From contig JAJRPG010000022.1 of NCBI GenBank assembly GCA_024280855.1, forward strand, positions 11,010 to 75,009: 64,000 bases of DNA, given 5' to 3'. Of this stretch, positions 55,607-64,000 are shown in pieces (positions within the stretch are counted from its first letter, which is position 1; each line of letters begins with the position of its first letter). A program made the position numbers and the translations under genes. Under the pieces are notes generated by a model. It was not told where the DNA came from. It ran no database searches and worked only from the letters and a program-made list of their open reading frames with translations. Source of the stretch: Planctomycetota bacterium (lineage in GTDB: Bacteria; Planctomycetota; Phycisphaerae; UBA1845).

Positions 55607-57204
55607 TCCGGGCCTCCGCCATAGGCGCCAAACACTTCCTTCATCGTGTCCATCATTTCCCCCACCGTCGCATCAGCCTCCGCCGCTTCAACCAACGCGG
55701 GCATCACGTTTTTGTCTTGATTGGCATCTTCTCGTAATCGAGTCAAAGCCGCCTGATGTTTAGCAACATCCCGCTTGGCCTTAATATCTTTGAGCTTGGA
55801 AACCTGTTTATCTTCAGTATCTTGAGATATTTTCAACATCTCCATATCGTGCGTCCCGTCCTCGACAAAGTCGGTTACGCCCACGATTTTCTGCTCGCCA
55901 CCATCAATACGTCGCTGCTCCGCCTGCGCAGACTCAGCAATAGTCCGGCGAAAATAACCACGATCAATCGCTGGCAACACGCCGCCCATCGCGTCGATCT
56001 GATCGATAATCGCGTAAGCCTTAGCCTCAATCTCGTCGGTCATCTTCTCGATAAAATAACTACCGCCTAGCGGATCTGCCACCTGAGGCACATTAGTTTC
56101 ATGAGCAATAATCTGCTGTGTACGCAACGCAACTTTCGCCGCTTCCTCCGTCGGCAACGCTAGCGTCTCATCCATACTATTGGTATGAAGCGATTGCGTA
56201 CCACCCAGCACCGCAGCCATCGCCTGATACGCAACCCGCATCACATTATTCATAGGCTGCTGCTCGGTCAGCGTAACCCCAGCCGTTTGGCAATGCATTC
56301 GCAATTTCCAACTTCGCTCATGCTTCGCTTTGAATCGGTCGCGCATGATATGTGCCCACATGCGCCTCGACGCACGAAGCTTCGCTATTTCCTCGAAAAA
56401 GTCGTTATGCACATCGAAGAAAAAGCTGAGTCGCGGCGCGAAGGCGTCAACATCCAATCCTCGATCAATTGAAAGCTGTGTATAAGCCATGCCATCTGCA
56501 ATGGTAAAAGCTAATTCCTCCGCAGCCGAGGCCCCCGCTTCACGAATATGATAGCCGCTAACACTAACCGTATTCCACAAAGGCATATGCTGCGTACAAT
56601 ACTCGATCGTATCAATCACCAGCTTAACGCTAGGCTCAGGCGGAAACACATATTCATTCTGTGCGTGAAATTCTTTAAGAATATCGTTTTGCAACGTGCC
56701 GCGAAGCTGATCCAATGGCACGCCTTGCTTTTTAGCCACACATATATAAAAGGCCAAAACAATCGCAGCCGGGGCGTTAATTGTCATGCTCGTACTGACT
56801 TCGCCGAGATTGATCCCATCGTAAAGTACGTGCATATCAGACAAAGTAGAAACAGCGACCCCACATCGCCCGACTTCCCCTAGTGCCAACTTGTCGTCAC
56901 TGTCTCGCCCCATGAGCGTGGGCAGATCAAAGGCCGTACTTAGCCCAGTTGTCCCGTGGGCCAATAGATACTTAAACCGCTCATTGGTATCAGCCGCGGA
57001 CCCAAATCCCGCAAACTGACGCATGGTCCATAATTTATCACGATACATCGTGCGATGAACACCGCGCGTAAACGGAAACGAACCAGGCACCGAAAGCGCC
57101 GAAGCCGGATCATAACCACGCAAATCCTCAGGCCCGACAAATGACTTGCCGTTGGCATCGTCCGCACTGCGTTTAGATTTCCCTACACCGGGTTCAATAC
57201 TCAT
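55600..57204 (-). CDS. Acyl-CoA mutase large (substrate-binding) subunit, isobutyryl-CoA-mutase-like
   Basis: FPFTRG, TMRQFAGFG (Phe where MCM has Tyr), LSTAFDLPTLMG, NDILKEFHAQNEY (Gln where MCM has Arg). Confidence 0.85.
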   Translation of the reverse strand: MSIEPGVGKSKRSADDANGKSFVGPEDLRGYDPASALSVPGSFPFTRGVHRTMYRDKLWTMRQFAGFGSAADTNERFKYLLAHGTTGLSTAFDLPTLMGRDSDDKLALGEVGRCGVAVSTLSDMHVLYDGINLGEVSTSMTINAPAAIVLAFYICVAKKQGVPLDQLRGTLQNDILKEFHAQNEYVFPPEPSVKLVIDTIEYCTQHMPLWNTVSVSGYHIREAGASAAEELAFTIADGMAYTQLSIDRGLDVDAFAPRLSFFFDVHNDFFEEIAKLRASRRMWAHIMRDRFKAKHERSWKLRMHCQTAGVTLTEQQPMNNVMRVAYQAMAAVLGGTQSLHTNSMDETLALPTEEAAKVALRTQQIIAHETNVPQVADPLGGSYFIEKMTDEIEAKAYAIIDQIDAMGGVLPAIDRGYFRRTIAESAQAEQRRIDGGEQKIVGVTDFVEDGTHDMEMLKISQDTEDKQVSKLKDIKAKRDVAKHQAALTRLREDANQDKNVMPALVEAAEADATVGEMMDTMKEVFGAYGGGPEW

Positions 57205-57210
57205 ACTGCA

Positions 57211-57960
57211 CTACTCCATCCACGAAGCTGGTCGCTTCTCAACGAAAGCAGCTAACCCTTCCCTGCTCTCGTCCCCCCCAAAACATTCTACAAAAGCCCC
57301 GATTTCATCGCCATCAGTAAATGCCCGCTTAGCCAAGGCAAGCGCCTTCGGACCGCCTCGACGAAAAGATTTACAAAAAGCAGGAACCCGTGCGATCACA
57401 TCTTCCGCAGAATTCACGATTTCATCGACAAGACCAAAAGCCAATCCATCCTCAGCCGAAACGGGCATCGCGCTAAAAAACATCTTTTTCGCCCGCGAAG
57501 GACCAATCAATCGTGTCAAACGCCCAATACCACCCCAGCCCGGCGTCAAACCCAGCGACGTCTCCGGCAAACCAAGCTTCGCCGTCTTAACCGCAATTCG
57601 AAAATCGCACGCCAGCGCCAACTCAAGCCCACCACCCATCGCAGCCCCATTAATTCCAGCTACCGTAAAACAGGGCATCTGCTCAAGCTCATTAAAAATC
57701 GCCTGACCATTTTCGCCATAAGCCCGCGCCTGCTCAGGAGAAAAATTGTTCATCTCCTTAATATCCGCGCCAGCTACAAATACTTTTCCCTCTGCTCGAA
57801 TAAATAACGACCTAACAACAGAAGCGTCGCGAACTTTCGCCAGCGCCTCCTTCAACTTTTCAAGCACCGCCGAAGACAAGACATTTATGCCCGACTCCGT
57901 CGATAGCGTAAGCGTAGCCATAGAACCATCGATAGTTACATCAATGCAAGTATTACTCAT
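57211..57960 (-). CDS. Enoyl-CoA hydratase (crotonase family)
   Basis: GKVFVAGADIKEM, INGAAMGGGLELALACD. Confidence 0.85.
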   Translation of the reverse strand: MSNTCIDVTIDGSMATLTLSTESGINVLSSAVLEKLKEALAKVRDASVVRSLFIRAEGKVFVAGADIKEMNNFSPEQARAYGENGQAIFNELEQMPCFTVAGINGAAMGGGLELALACDFRIAVKTAKLGLPETSLGLTPGWGGIGRLTRLIGPSRAKKMFFSAMPVSAEDGLAFGLVDEIVNSAEDVIARVPAFCKSFRRGGPKALALAKRAFTDGDEIGAFVECFGGDESREGLAAFVEKRPASWME

Positions 57961-58810
57961 AGCTATAAAACCCCCGTTTGGATTTTCTACCCATACGCCC
58001 CGCAGCTACATACTTTCGTAGCATCGGACAAGGTCGATAGCGGTCTTCGCCAAGATCGCGGAACATGACTTCCATAATATGCAAACACACATCCAGCCCG
58101 ATCAAATCCGCTAACGCCAAAGGCCCCATGGGATGATTCATGCCGAGTGTCATGATGTCGTCAATAGCTTTCGCCTCAGCTACACCATCTTGAAGCGTAA
58201 AAATCGCCTCGTTAATCATAGGCATTAAAATGCGATTCGAGACAAAACCTGGATGGTCATTACAAGAAACAGCCGTCTTACCCACAGCCGTCGCTAGTTC
58301 CATCGTCTTACGCGCCGTCTCATCCGAGGTCTGCAAACCGCGAACAATCTCCACCAATTTCATCAACGGCACGGGATTAAAAAAGTGCATACCAATAAAT
58401 CGATCGGGATGATCCACCGCCGCGGCTAGCTGCGTAATGCTAATGCTGCTCGTATTACTAGCCAATATCCCATCATCAGCGACATGCTGCTGAGCATCCC
58501 GAAGAATCGCGATCTTAGTTTCAAGTTTTTCAGTCGCAGCCTCAACGATCAACGGCTGCTTACCCACATCAGAAAGGCTTTCCACAAAGTGCAACCGCGC
58601 CTTAGTCGAAGCCGCATCATCAGCCGACATCCGCCCCTTTTCAACACCGCGATCAAGCATCTTATTAATCTGCTTCGATGCCGATTTCAAAGCTTCAGGA
58701 AAAGCATCGAATACATACGCATCAAAACCAGACTGCGCAAAAACCTGCGCAATACCTCTCCCCATCGTCCCAGCGCCAATGACAGCGATACGCTTATTAT
58801 TCTCAGTCAT
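57953..58810 (-). CDS. hbd: 3-hydroxybutyryl-CoA / 3-hydroxyacyl-CoA dehydrogenase
   Basis: IAVIGAGTMGRGIAQ Rossmann motif, SNTSSISIT, HFFNPVP. Confidence 0.9.
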   Translation of the reverse strand: MTENNKRIAVIGAGTMGRGIAQVFAQSGFDAYVFDAFPEALKSASKQINKMLDRGVEKGRMSADDAASTKARLHFVESLSDVGKQPLIVEAATEKLETKIAILRDAQQHVADDGILASNTSSISITQLAAAVDHPDRFIGMHFFNPVPLMKLVEIVRGLQTSDETARKTMELATAVGKTAVSCNDHPGFVSNRILMPMINEAIFTLQDGVAEAKAIDDIMTLGMNHPMGPLALADLIGLDVCLHIMEVMFRDLGEDRYRPCPMLRKYVAAGRMGRKSKRGFYSYE

Positions 58811-58872
58811 CTCTATTCTCTCTGAAATTCACTGCAACTAGGCATCGCCTGCGTACAGGTATCGCCTGCGAT

Positions 58873-60009
58873 CTACACCAACGAACGTGCAATCACAATC
58901 CGATGGATTTCACTCGTCCCCTCATACAATTCCGTAATTTTCGCATCTCGCAGCAATCGCTCCACCGGATAATCTTGGCAATAGCCATATCCACCAAAAA
59001 TCTGCACCGCATGATTAGCCGCTTTAGAACAAGCCTCACTCGCAAAAAGCTTCGCCATCGCACCAGCTTGCACATACTCTAAATCGTTATCTTTTCGCCA
59101 CGCAGCCCGATACACCAAAACCCGCGCCGCCTCAATTTCCACCGCCATGTCCGCCAGCTTATTTTGAATCGCCTGGAACGTCCCGATAGGCCGACTAAAT
59201 TGTTCGCGTGTATTGGCATATTGCGTCGCCTCAGACAAACACGCTTGAGCAATGCCCAGCGCCTGCGCAGCAATTCCAATACGACCGCCGTTCAATATCG
59301 AAAGCGCGATACGAAGTCCATGCCCTTTCTCACCAAGCAGCGATTCTTCCGGGATCACACAATCTTCAAACACAAACTCCGCAGTCGATGAGCATCTAAT
59401 CCCTAACTTCTTTTCGAGCTTCCCGGTCCGCAAACCCGGCGCATTCTTATCCACAATAAATGCGGACAAGCCGTGTTTTTTCTCATTGGGATCAGTCACC
59501 GCAAGAAGCACCATCACCTCGGCTTCTTTGCCGTTGGTGACAAATATTTTCGTACCGTTGATATGCCAGCCATCGCTTTGCAATTCCGCCCGACATGATG
59601 CCGCGCCGACGTCACTACCGCTACCAGGCTCAGTCAACGACAAGCACCCAATCGTCTCGCCAGTAGCCATCCCCGGCAAATATTTTTGCTTCTGCACATC
59701 ACTACCGTATGCCATTATGGGATAAACGCAGAGCGAAGTATGCGCACTGAGCAGCACACCAGTACCCGCGCACGCTTTAGAAATTTCTTCGACGATCATG
59801 CTCGACGCATCACAACCCAGGCCCGCACCTCCATATTGCTCTGGGATAGAGATACCAAACAAGCCCATATCTGCTAGCTGCCCAATCAATTCCTGAGGCA
59901 TCTCAGCCGCGTGGTCGCGCGCCTCCGCACCGGGCGCAACCACCTTAGCAGCGAAATCGCTAACCTGCTCTTGCAGCATTCGCAGATCATCGTCGAATTC
60001 AAAATCCAT
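58873..60009 (-). CDS. Acyl-CoA dehydrogenase (paralog 3 of 3)
   Basis: Start MDFEFDDDLRML at 60009, 11 nt after the upstream stop. Catalytic-base region ELYEGTSEI. The ORF is open to 60090. Confidence 0.9.
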   Translation of the reverse strand: MDFEFDDDLRMLQEQVSDFAAKVVAPGAEARDHAAEMPQELIGQLADMGLFGISIPEQYGGAGLGCDASSMIVEEISKACAGTGVLLSAHTSLCVYPIMAYGSDVQKQKYLPGMATGETIGCLSLTEPGSGSDVGAASCRAELQSDGWHINGTKIFVTNGKEAEVMVLLAVTDPNEKKHGLSAFIVDKNAPGLRTGKLEKKLGIRCSSTAEFVFEDCVIPEESLLGEKGHGLRIALSILNGGRIGIAAQALGIAQACLSEATQYANTREQFSRPIGTFQAIQNKLADMAVEIEAARVLVYRAAWRKDNDLEYVQAGAMAKLFASEACSKAANHAVQIFGGYGYCQDYPVERLLRDAKITELYEGTSEIHRIVIARSLV

Positions 60010-60020
60010 TTCGAAATTCC

Positions 60021-61163
60021 TTAACGTGAAAGTAGCTGACGTGCAATAATAATACGCTGAATCTGACTCGACCCTTCGCCAATTTCGCACAACTTCGCAT
60101 CACGCATGTATCGTTCAACGGGAACTTCCTTCGTATATCCCATCCCGCCAAAAATCTGAATCGCATCCATACACGCCTTCGTCGCAGCCTCGCTCGTTAA
60201 GAGCTTAGCCATGGAAGCTTCAATATTTGAAGGCTTATTCGCATCAGATAGAATCGCCGCCTTATGCGTGAGCAATCGGCCAGCATCCAAATTCATAGCC
60301 ATGTCTGCCAACATAAATTGAATCGACTGATGCTTAAATAAATTCTTACCAAACGCCTTTCGCTGCGTGGCATAAGCCAAAGACTCTTCCAACGCACCAC
60401 GCCCCAAGCCAAGCGAGATTGCCGAAATCGTAATTCGGCCACGCTCAAGCACTTTCATCGCATCGATAAAACCGCCGTGCAACTCACCGCAAAGGTTTTC
60501 TTTTGGAATGCGCAAATTTTCGAGCGTGAGTCCCACCGTATCAGAGCCACGCATCCCAAGTTTATCTTCCTTCGGACCTATGATCAGACCAGGCGTTCCC
60601 TTCTCCACAATAAACGCGCTAATCCCCTTCGCCCCACCTTCAGGTTTGGTCTTAGCCGTAATAACATAAACGCCCGCATAATGACCATTCGTAATCCAAT
60701 GCTTCGCTCCGTTAAGCACCCACTCATCGCCATCCAAATCAGCCGTCGTACTCAGCGCAGCCGCATCACTGCCACACCCAGGCTCAGAAAGCGCCCATGC
60801 GCCCAAGCATTCACCCTTCGCCAATCGCGGCAGATATTTCTTCTTCTGCTCTTCATTCGCCCCAATAATCAAATGCGCGCTACACAAGGCATTATGCGCA
60901 TCCAACATCAAAGCCGTCGCCCCACAATGACGAGCGATTTCCTCCATAATGACGGTAGCTTCTAAATCACCAAACCCACAACCGCCATAATCCGCCGGTG
61001 TGAAAATGCCTAAGAAACCCAACTCAGCCAGCTTGGCTACCGTGTCCCTCGGAATATCCGCTTCACGATCCCACTGACGCGCGTTCGGCGCAATATGATC
61101 CTCAGCAAAACGTTTCGCCATATCGCGCAGGGCTATCATATCTTCAGAAAGTTCAAAATTCAT
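60021..61163 (-). CDS. Acyl-CoA dehydrogenase (paralog 2 of 3)
   Basis: [14 protein letters not shown]..., [12 protein letters not shown]. Confidence 0.9.
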   Translation of the reverse strand: MNFELSEDMIALRDMAKRFAEDHIAPNARQWDREADIPRDTVAKLAELGFLGIFTPADYGGCGFGDLEATVIMEEIARHCGATALMLDAHNALCSAHLIIGANEEQKKKYLPRLAKGECLGAWALSEPGCGSDAAALSTTADLDGDEWVLNGAKHWITNGHYAGVYVITAKTKPEGGAKGISAFIVEKGTPGLIIGPKEDKLGMRGSDTVGLTLENLRIPKENLCGELHGGFIDAMKVLERGRITISAISLGLGRGALEESLAYATQRKAFGKNLFKHQSIQFMLADMAMNLDAGRLLTHKAAILSDANKPSNIEASMAKLLTSEAATKACMDAIQIFGGMGYTKEVPVERYMRDAKLCEIGEGSSQIQRIIIARQLLSR

Positions 61164-61219
61164 CGGTTTACCTTAGTCAACAAATTTCCCAAAAATCTAT
61201 GCAACACGCTAAACTATTT

Positions 61220-62380
61220 TCACCCAGCTTTTTTCGCCAGGCACGCCGCAATGACCATACGCTGCACTTCGCTAGTCCCCTCGTAAATCGGCGTGACTCT
61301 CGCATCTCGAAACAATTGTTCAACGCGACACTCATGCACGAACCCGGAACCTCCGTGAACTTGCACCGCGCGATACGCAATACGATTGGCACTTTCACTC
61401 GCGTACAATTTCGCCATCGAGCATTCACTTCGATCCGATTGGCCAAGATCAACCGTCGTCGCAGCCCGCCAGATTAAATTCTTTGATGCCTCTAACTCCA
61501 CAGCACTATCAGCCAACATATCACCTATCGCCTGAAACTTTCCGATAGGCTTGCCAAACTGCTCACGATGGCTCGCGTAAGATGTCATCTCTTCCAGGCA
61601 CGCCTCAGCTATGCCACACGCCTGTGCCGCAATTCCAATTCGCCCCTCATTCAAGCTGGACAAACAGACTTTCAAACCCTCACCACGATCTCCCAATAAG
61701 CGATCTTTAGGCACAAAAACCTGGTCCAAATGGATCACAGCCGTCTCGCTTCCGCGAATGCCTAATTTTCCGTGAATCTGCGATCTTTGCAGCCCAGGAT
61801 CATCGCCGTCGATCAGAAAGGCACACAAGCTTTCGCCATCAGGCGCACCTTGCAAACGGGCTAGCGTAAGAAACCAACGCGCGTGCATGCCGTTAGTAAT
61901 CCACATCTTCTCACCGCTAATCCGATACCCATCGTCCGACTCAACCGCCATCGTCTTAACCGCAGCCGCATCGCTACCCGCCCCGGCTTCTGACAAAGCG
62001 AAGGCACCAAAATGCCTCACATCAGACCAACCGCTCAGACACATATCATGAATAGCCGCGTTGCCATATTTGTGAATAATACGCCCGACCATGCTATGCA
62101 CAGCCACCGTAACACTCGTTGAGGGAGACCACTTAGCTAGTTCGTGTGCAATAGCTGCATATACGCGATAAGGACATTCCAAACCGCCATACGCCTCCGG
62201 AACGCAAAGCGTCATCAGCCCCATCTCACCCAACTGAGGCAATACGTCGTACACCGTCCCCTCGGATTGGTCCCACGCGCGGTCGAGCGGTAGCAATTCC
62301 TTCTTTGCAAAATCGGCTACCGTTTCGATCAACAGCAAGTGATCTTCGGACAAACCGTCAGTATCGGGAACCAACGACAT
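61220..62380 (-). CDS. Acyl-CoA dehydrogenase (paralog 1 of 3)
   Basis: ACAD fold motifs ALSEAGAGSDAA and PIYEGTSEVQR. Confidence 0.9.
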   Translation of the reverse strand: MSLVPDTDGLSEDHLLLIETVADFAKKELLPLDRAWDQSEGTVYDVLPQLGEMGLMTLCVPEAYGGLECPYRVYAAIAHELAKWSPSTSVTVAVHSMVGRIIHKYGNAAIHDMCLSGWSDVRHFGAFALSEAGAGSDAAAVKTMAVESDDGYRISGEKMWITNGMHARWFLTLARLQGAPDGESLCAFLIDGDDPGLQRSQIHGKLGIRGSETAVIHLDQVFVPKDRLLGDRGEGLKVCLSSLNEGRIGIAAQACGIAEACLEEMTSYASHREQFGKPIGKFQAIGDMLADSAVELEASKNLIWRAATTVDLGQSDRSECSMAKLYASESANRIAYRAVQVHGGSGFVHECRVEQLFRDARVTPIYEGTSEVQRMVIAACLAKKAG

Positions 62381-62443
62381 ACATGAACCTTTCGTATCAA
62401 TCTATAAACACTTGCGAGTACTACATTCTCGCACGACACAAAT

Positions 62444-63031
62444 CTATGAATTCCAGGTTGGCCGAATACCAGCCAAAAAATGTAGACGACGAAACAAGTG
62501 ATTTCTCTTAACAATCAACTCACGAAGCCGTGTCAAAACATCTTCCTGAATTCGAGAGGAAAATCGCCAGGAAATGATGTCCTCCTCCAATTCCAACCAG
62601 CGACGGGAACCGCTAAGCTTACGCTTGCGCCTAGGATCAAAATCCGCCAGCAACGCCCTCACTTCAGTCTCAATCGTTTTCAGCTCAACCGCAATGCGAT
62701 GTGCAGACGGCGCAGGCGTCATACCATCCTGCAGCCGCTTCTCATCAATGCCGAAAAAACCCTCGTCAGCCGAAGCCTCAATCGAATCCGCATCGCCAGC
62801 ATCGTCCACATCAACAACGCCATCGCGGGTCTTCGCTTCACCCTCGCCATCAGCCAGCGCCCCAGATGCTTCCAAAGACCTCGACGACGCATCTAACAAT
62901 TCTGCATCATCCTCAGACACCTCAGCCGACTCGGACAAGTCTGGGTCACCCGAATCTTCGATACTGGGAACATCCCCTACCGGCTCCAAAGCATCGTCAT
63001 TCGGATCAGATTGTATGTTTTCAACCATCAC
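62444..63031 (-). CDS. Hypothetical protein: highly acidic disordered N-terminal half + basic helical C-terminal domain
   Basis: 195 aa, co-directional with the downstream acyl-CoA operon. The C-terminal 90 aa are non-repetitive (RRWLELEEDIISWRF...). An antisense ORF also exists (see rejected). Confidence 0.45.
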   Translation of the reverse strand: MMVENIQSDPNDDALEPVGDVPSIEDSGDPDLSESAEVSEDDAELLDASSRSLEASGALADGEGEAKTRDGVVDVDDAGDADSIEASADEGFFGIDEKRLQDGMTPAPSAHRIAVELKTIETEVRALLADFDPRRKRKLSGSRRWLELEEDIISWRFSSRIQEDVLTRLRELIVKRNHLFRRLHFLAGIRPTWNS

Positions 63032-63129
63032 TTTATCGTCTCACGAAAACTCATCACAGCGTCACAGTGTAGCAGATTCGCCGAATTTCGCACCTTTCCC
63101 CATATAGAGTCGAGTGGGCAGAGAGATTT

Positions 63130-63164
63130 GAATCAGAGCCAGTAGTACCAGCGCCCGGTGTCTA
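63130..63164 (+). repeat. GNRA-hairpin repeat, variant family, degenerate copy 7
   Basis: aatcagagccagtagtaccagcgcccggtgtctac. Confidence 0.6.
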
Positions 63165-63168
63165 CATC

Positions 63169-63203
63169 CAATCAGAGCCGGTAGCGCAAGCGCCCGGTGT
63201 CTT
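63169..63203 (+). repeat. GNRA-hairpin repeat, variant family, copy 8
   Basis: aatcagagCCGGtaGCgcaaGCgcCCGGtgtcttc. Shares the CAGAGCC...GCGCAAGC...TCTT skeleton with copies 1-6. Confidence 0.7.
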
Positions 63204-63303
63204 CGATTGGTTCAAAATTAAGTTAGGTCATGCGATCTGCATGACGAACGAGCTAAGGGGCCGCTTCCTCACGGGCGCGGTTCTGTCTGATAGGATATTC
63301 GAG

Positions 63304-64000
63304 CTAACAACAAGCTGAAGACGAATCAGCCGAACGACTCACATTCGGCACGCCAGCCTTGCAATCAAACAGACCAAAATGAGTTGAGCGGTCGCCTTGA
63401 ACAGAAAAATGTTCCGCGAACCGCGTATCAGCAAGCATCGAAGCCGTGTTGCCACAAACTCTCGCCGGCTTACCCGTTTCAAATACATGGTGGTCGTCAA
63501 GAATAAATTGGTGTGGACACTCAGCCACACTTCCCAAATAAGTCGCCACTTGGCCATAGTCCTCACAAGTATCCTCTAAGTCTAGCTTAAACGCGCGCAC
63601 GGTAATCGAATAGAAATCAACCATGCCCAACTTCGCCTCGACCTCCGCATCATTAATAGCAAACGCTCGCGAATCTACAACGCGGTAATCGGCGCAGCCT
63701 AGCGACGCCAACAAACGGCGAAAATCTTCGATATACATCGCCCCGCCAAGACATTCCCCGCGCAAAACGGGATCATTCATCAGCGATTCTGGGATACGAC
63801 GGCTGCCGAAAACATCAGAAAAATACAATTCGCCACCTGGCTTTAACACCCGAAATATCTCGGAAAACACCTTGTCCTTTTCTGTAGATAAATTCAATAC
63901 GCAATTGGAAATAATCACGTCAACGCTATCGTCCTTCACGCCGACCGCGGCTAAATCCTCAATATAGCCAAGATGAAATTCAACATTGGGCTTACTAAAA
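63304..64000 (-). CDS. arsM: Arsenite S-adenosylmethionine methyltransferase-like protein, N-terminus beyond the window
   Basis: DVIISNCVLNLS, LKPGGELYFSDV, conserved Cys regions LRGECLGGAMYIEDF and RVCGNTASML. The SAM-binding motif I is expected upstream of the first in-window Met, and the frame stays open to the window edge. Confidence 0.7.
   Translation of the reverse strand, partial: FSKPNVEFHLGYIEDLAAVGVKDDSVDVIISNCVLNLSTEKDKVFSEIFRVLKPGGELYFSDVFGSRRIPESLMNDPVLRGECLGGAMYIEDFRRLLASLGCADYRVVDSRAFAINDAEVEAKLGMVDFYSITVRAFKLDLEDTCEDYGQVATYLGSVAECPHQFILDDHHVFETGKPARVCGNTASMLADTRFAEHFSVQGDRSTHFGLFDCKAGVPNVSRSADSSSACC

Noticed and set aside
62574-63107. 177-aa plus-strand Ser-rich ORF antisense to the acidic protein.
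   Set aside because: It is low complexity throughout and is oriented against the surrounding operon. The minus-strand frame has a non-repetitive C-terminal domain. I kept it as a caveat only.
1-64000. Search by eye for CRISPR arrays, rRNA, tRNA, integrases, transposases and toxin-antitoxin pairs.
   Set aside because: I saw no regularly spaced direct repeats, no tRNA-like cloverleaf sequences in the intergenic regions I read, and no recombinase motifs in any ORF. Small RNAs cannot be excluded without tRNAscan or Infernal.

Overview
This is a 64-kb chromosomal segment with about 59 supportable protein-coding genes. I found no rRNA, tRNA or CRISPR array by eye. Gene content suggests a PVC-group, Planctomycetota-like bacterium, which is an inference: a PEP-CTERM protein, a CRTAC1/ASPIC FG-GAP protein, a bacterial SMUG1 glycosylase and short GC-rich hairpin repeats in intergenic DNA.

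Most of the window is housekeeping or metabolic:
- ltaE, ferritin, eda, a troABCD-mntR-like metal-uptake operon, a ROK glucokinase, serA, tkt, folD and valS.
- An 8-kb acyl-CoA operon with three ACADs, hbd, a crotonase and a split isobutyryl-CoA-mutase-like enzyme with a B12-MeaB fusion.

Loci worth a second look, in my order of interest:
1. 49344-51193: a RiPP-type locus. A Sec-signal peptide with four EKGC (Cys-containing) repeats plus a Cys-less SEKGS unit is followed by DUF692/MNIO and DUF2063 genes. It looks bufferin-like but with a different repeat register.
2. 43878-46387: a small protein translationally coupled to a Rad50/SbcC-like ABC ATPase whose coiled coil is interrupted by a transmembrane hairpin.
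3. 25176-27222: a low-GC cassette of a radical SAM/SPASM enzyme, a coupled single-TM protein and a signal peptidase I paralog.
4. 30045-38925: an Arn/Gnn-like amino-sugar and GT-C glycosylation cluster that also contains a TolC-like lipoprotein and an unannotated 48-aa membrane ORF.
5. Both metal ABC permeases carry C-terminal DtxR-like domains.
6. A family of hairpin repeats capped by a GNRA tetraloop shows compensatory stem changes, and every cluster begins downstream of a stop codon (7-100 nt).
7. A G13 tract separates a signal peptide from its ORF by one nucleotide.

All family assignments rest on motifs read from the translations. No database search was run.
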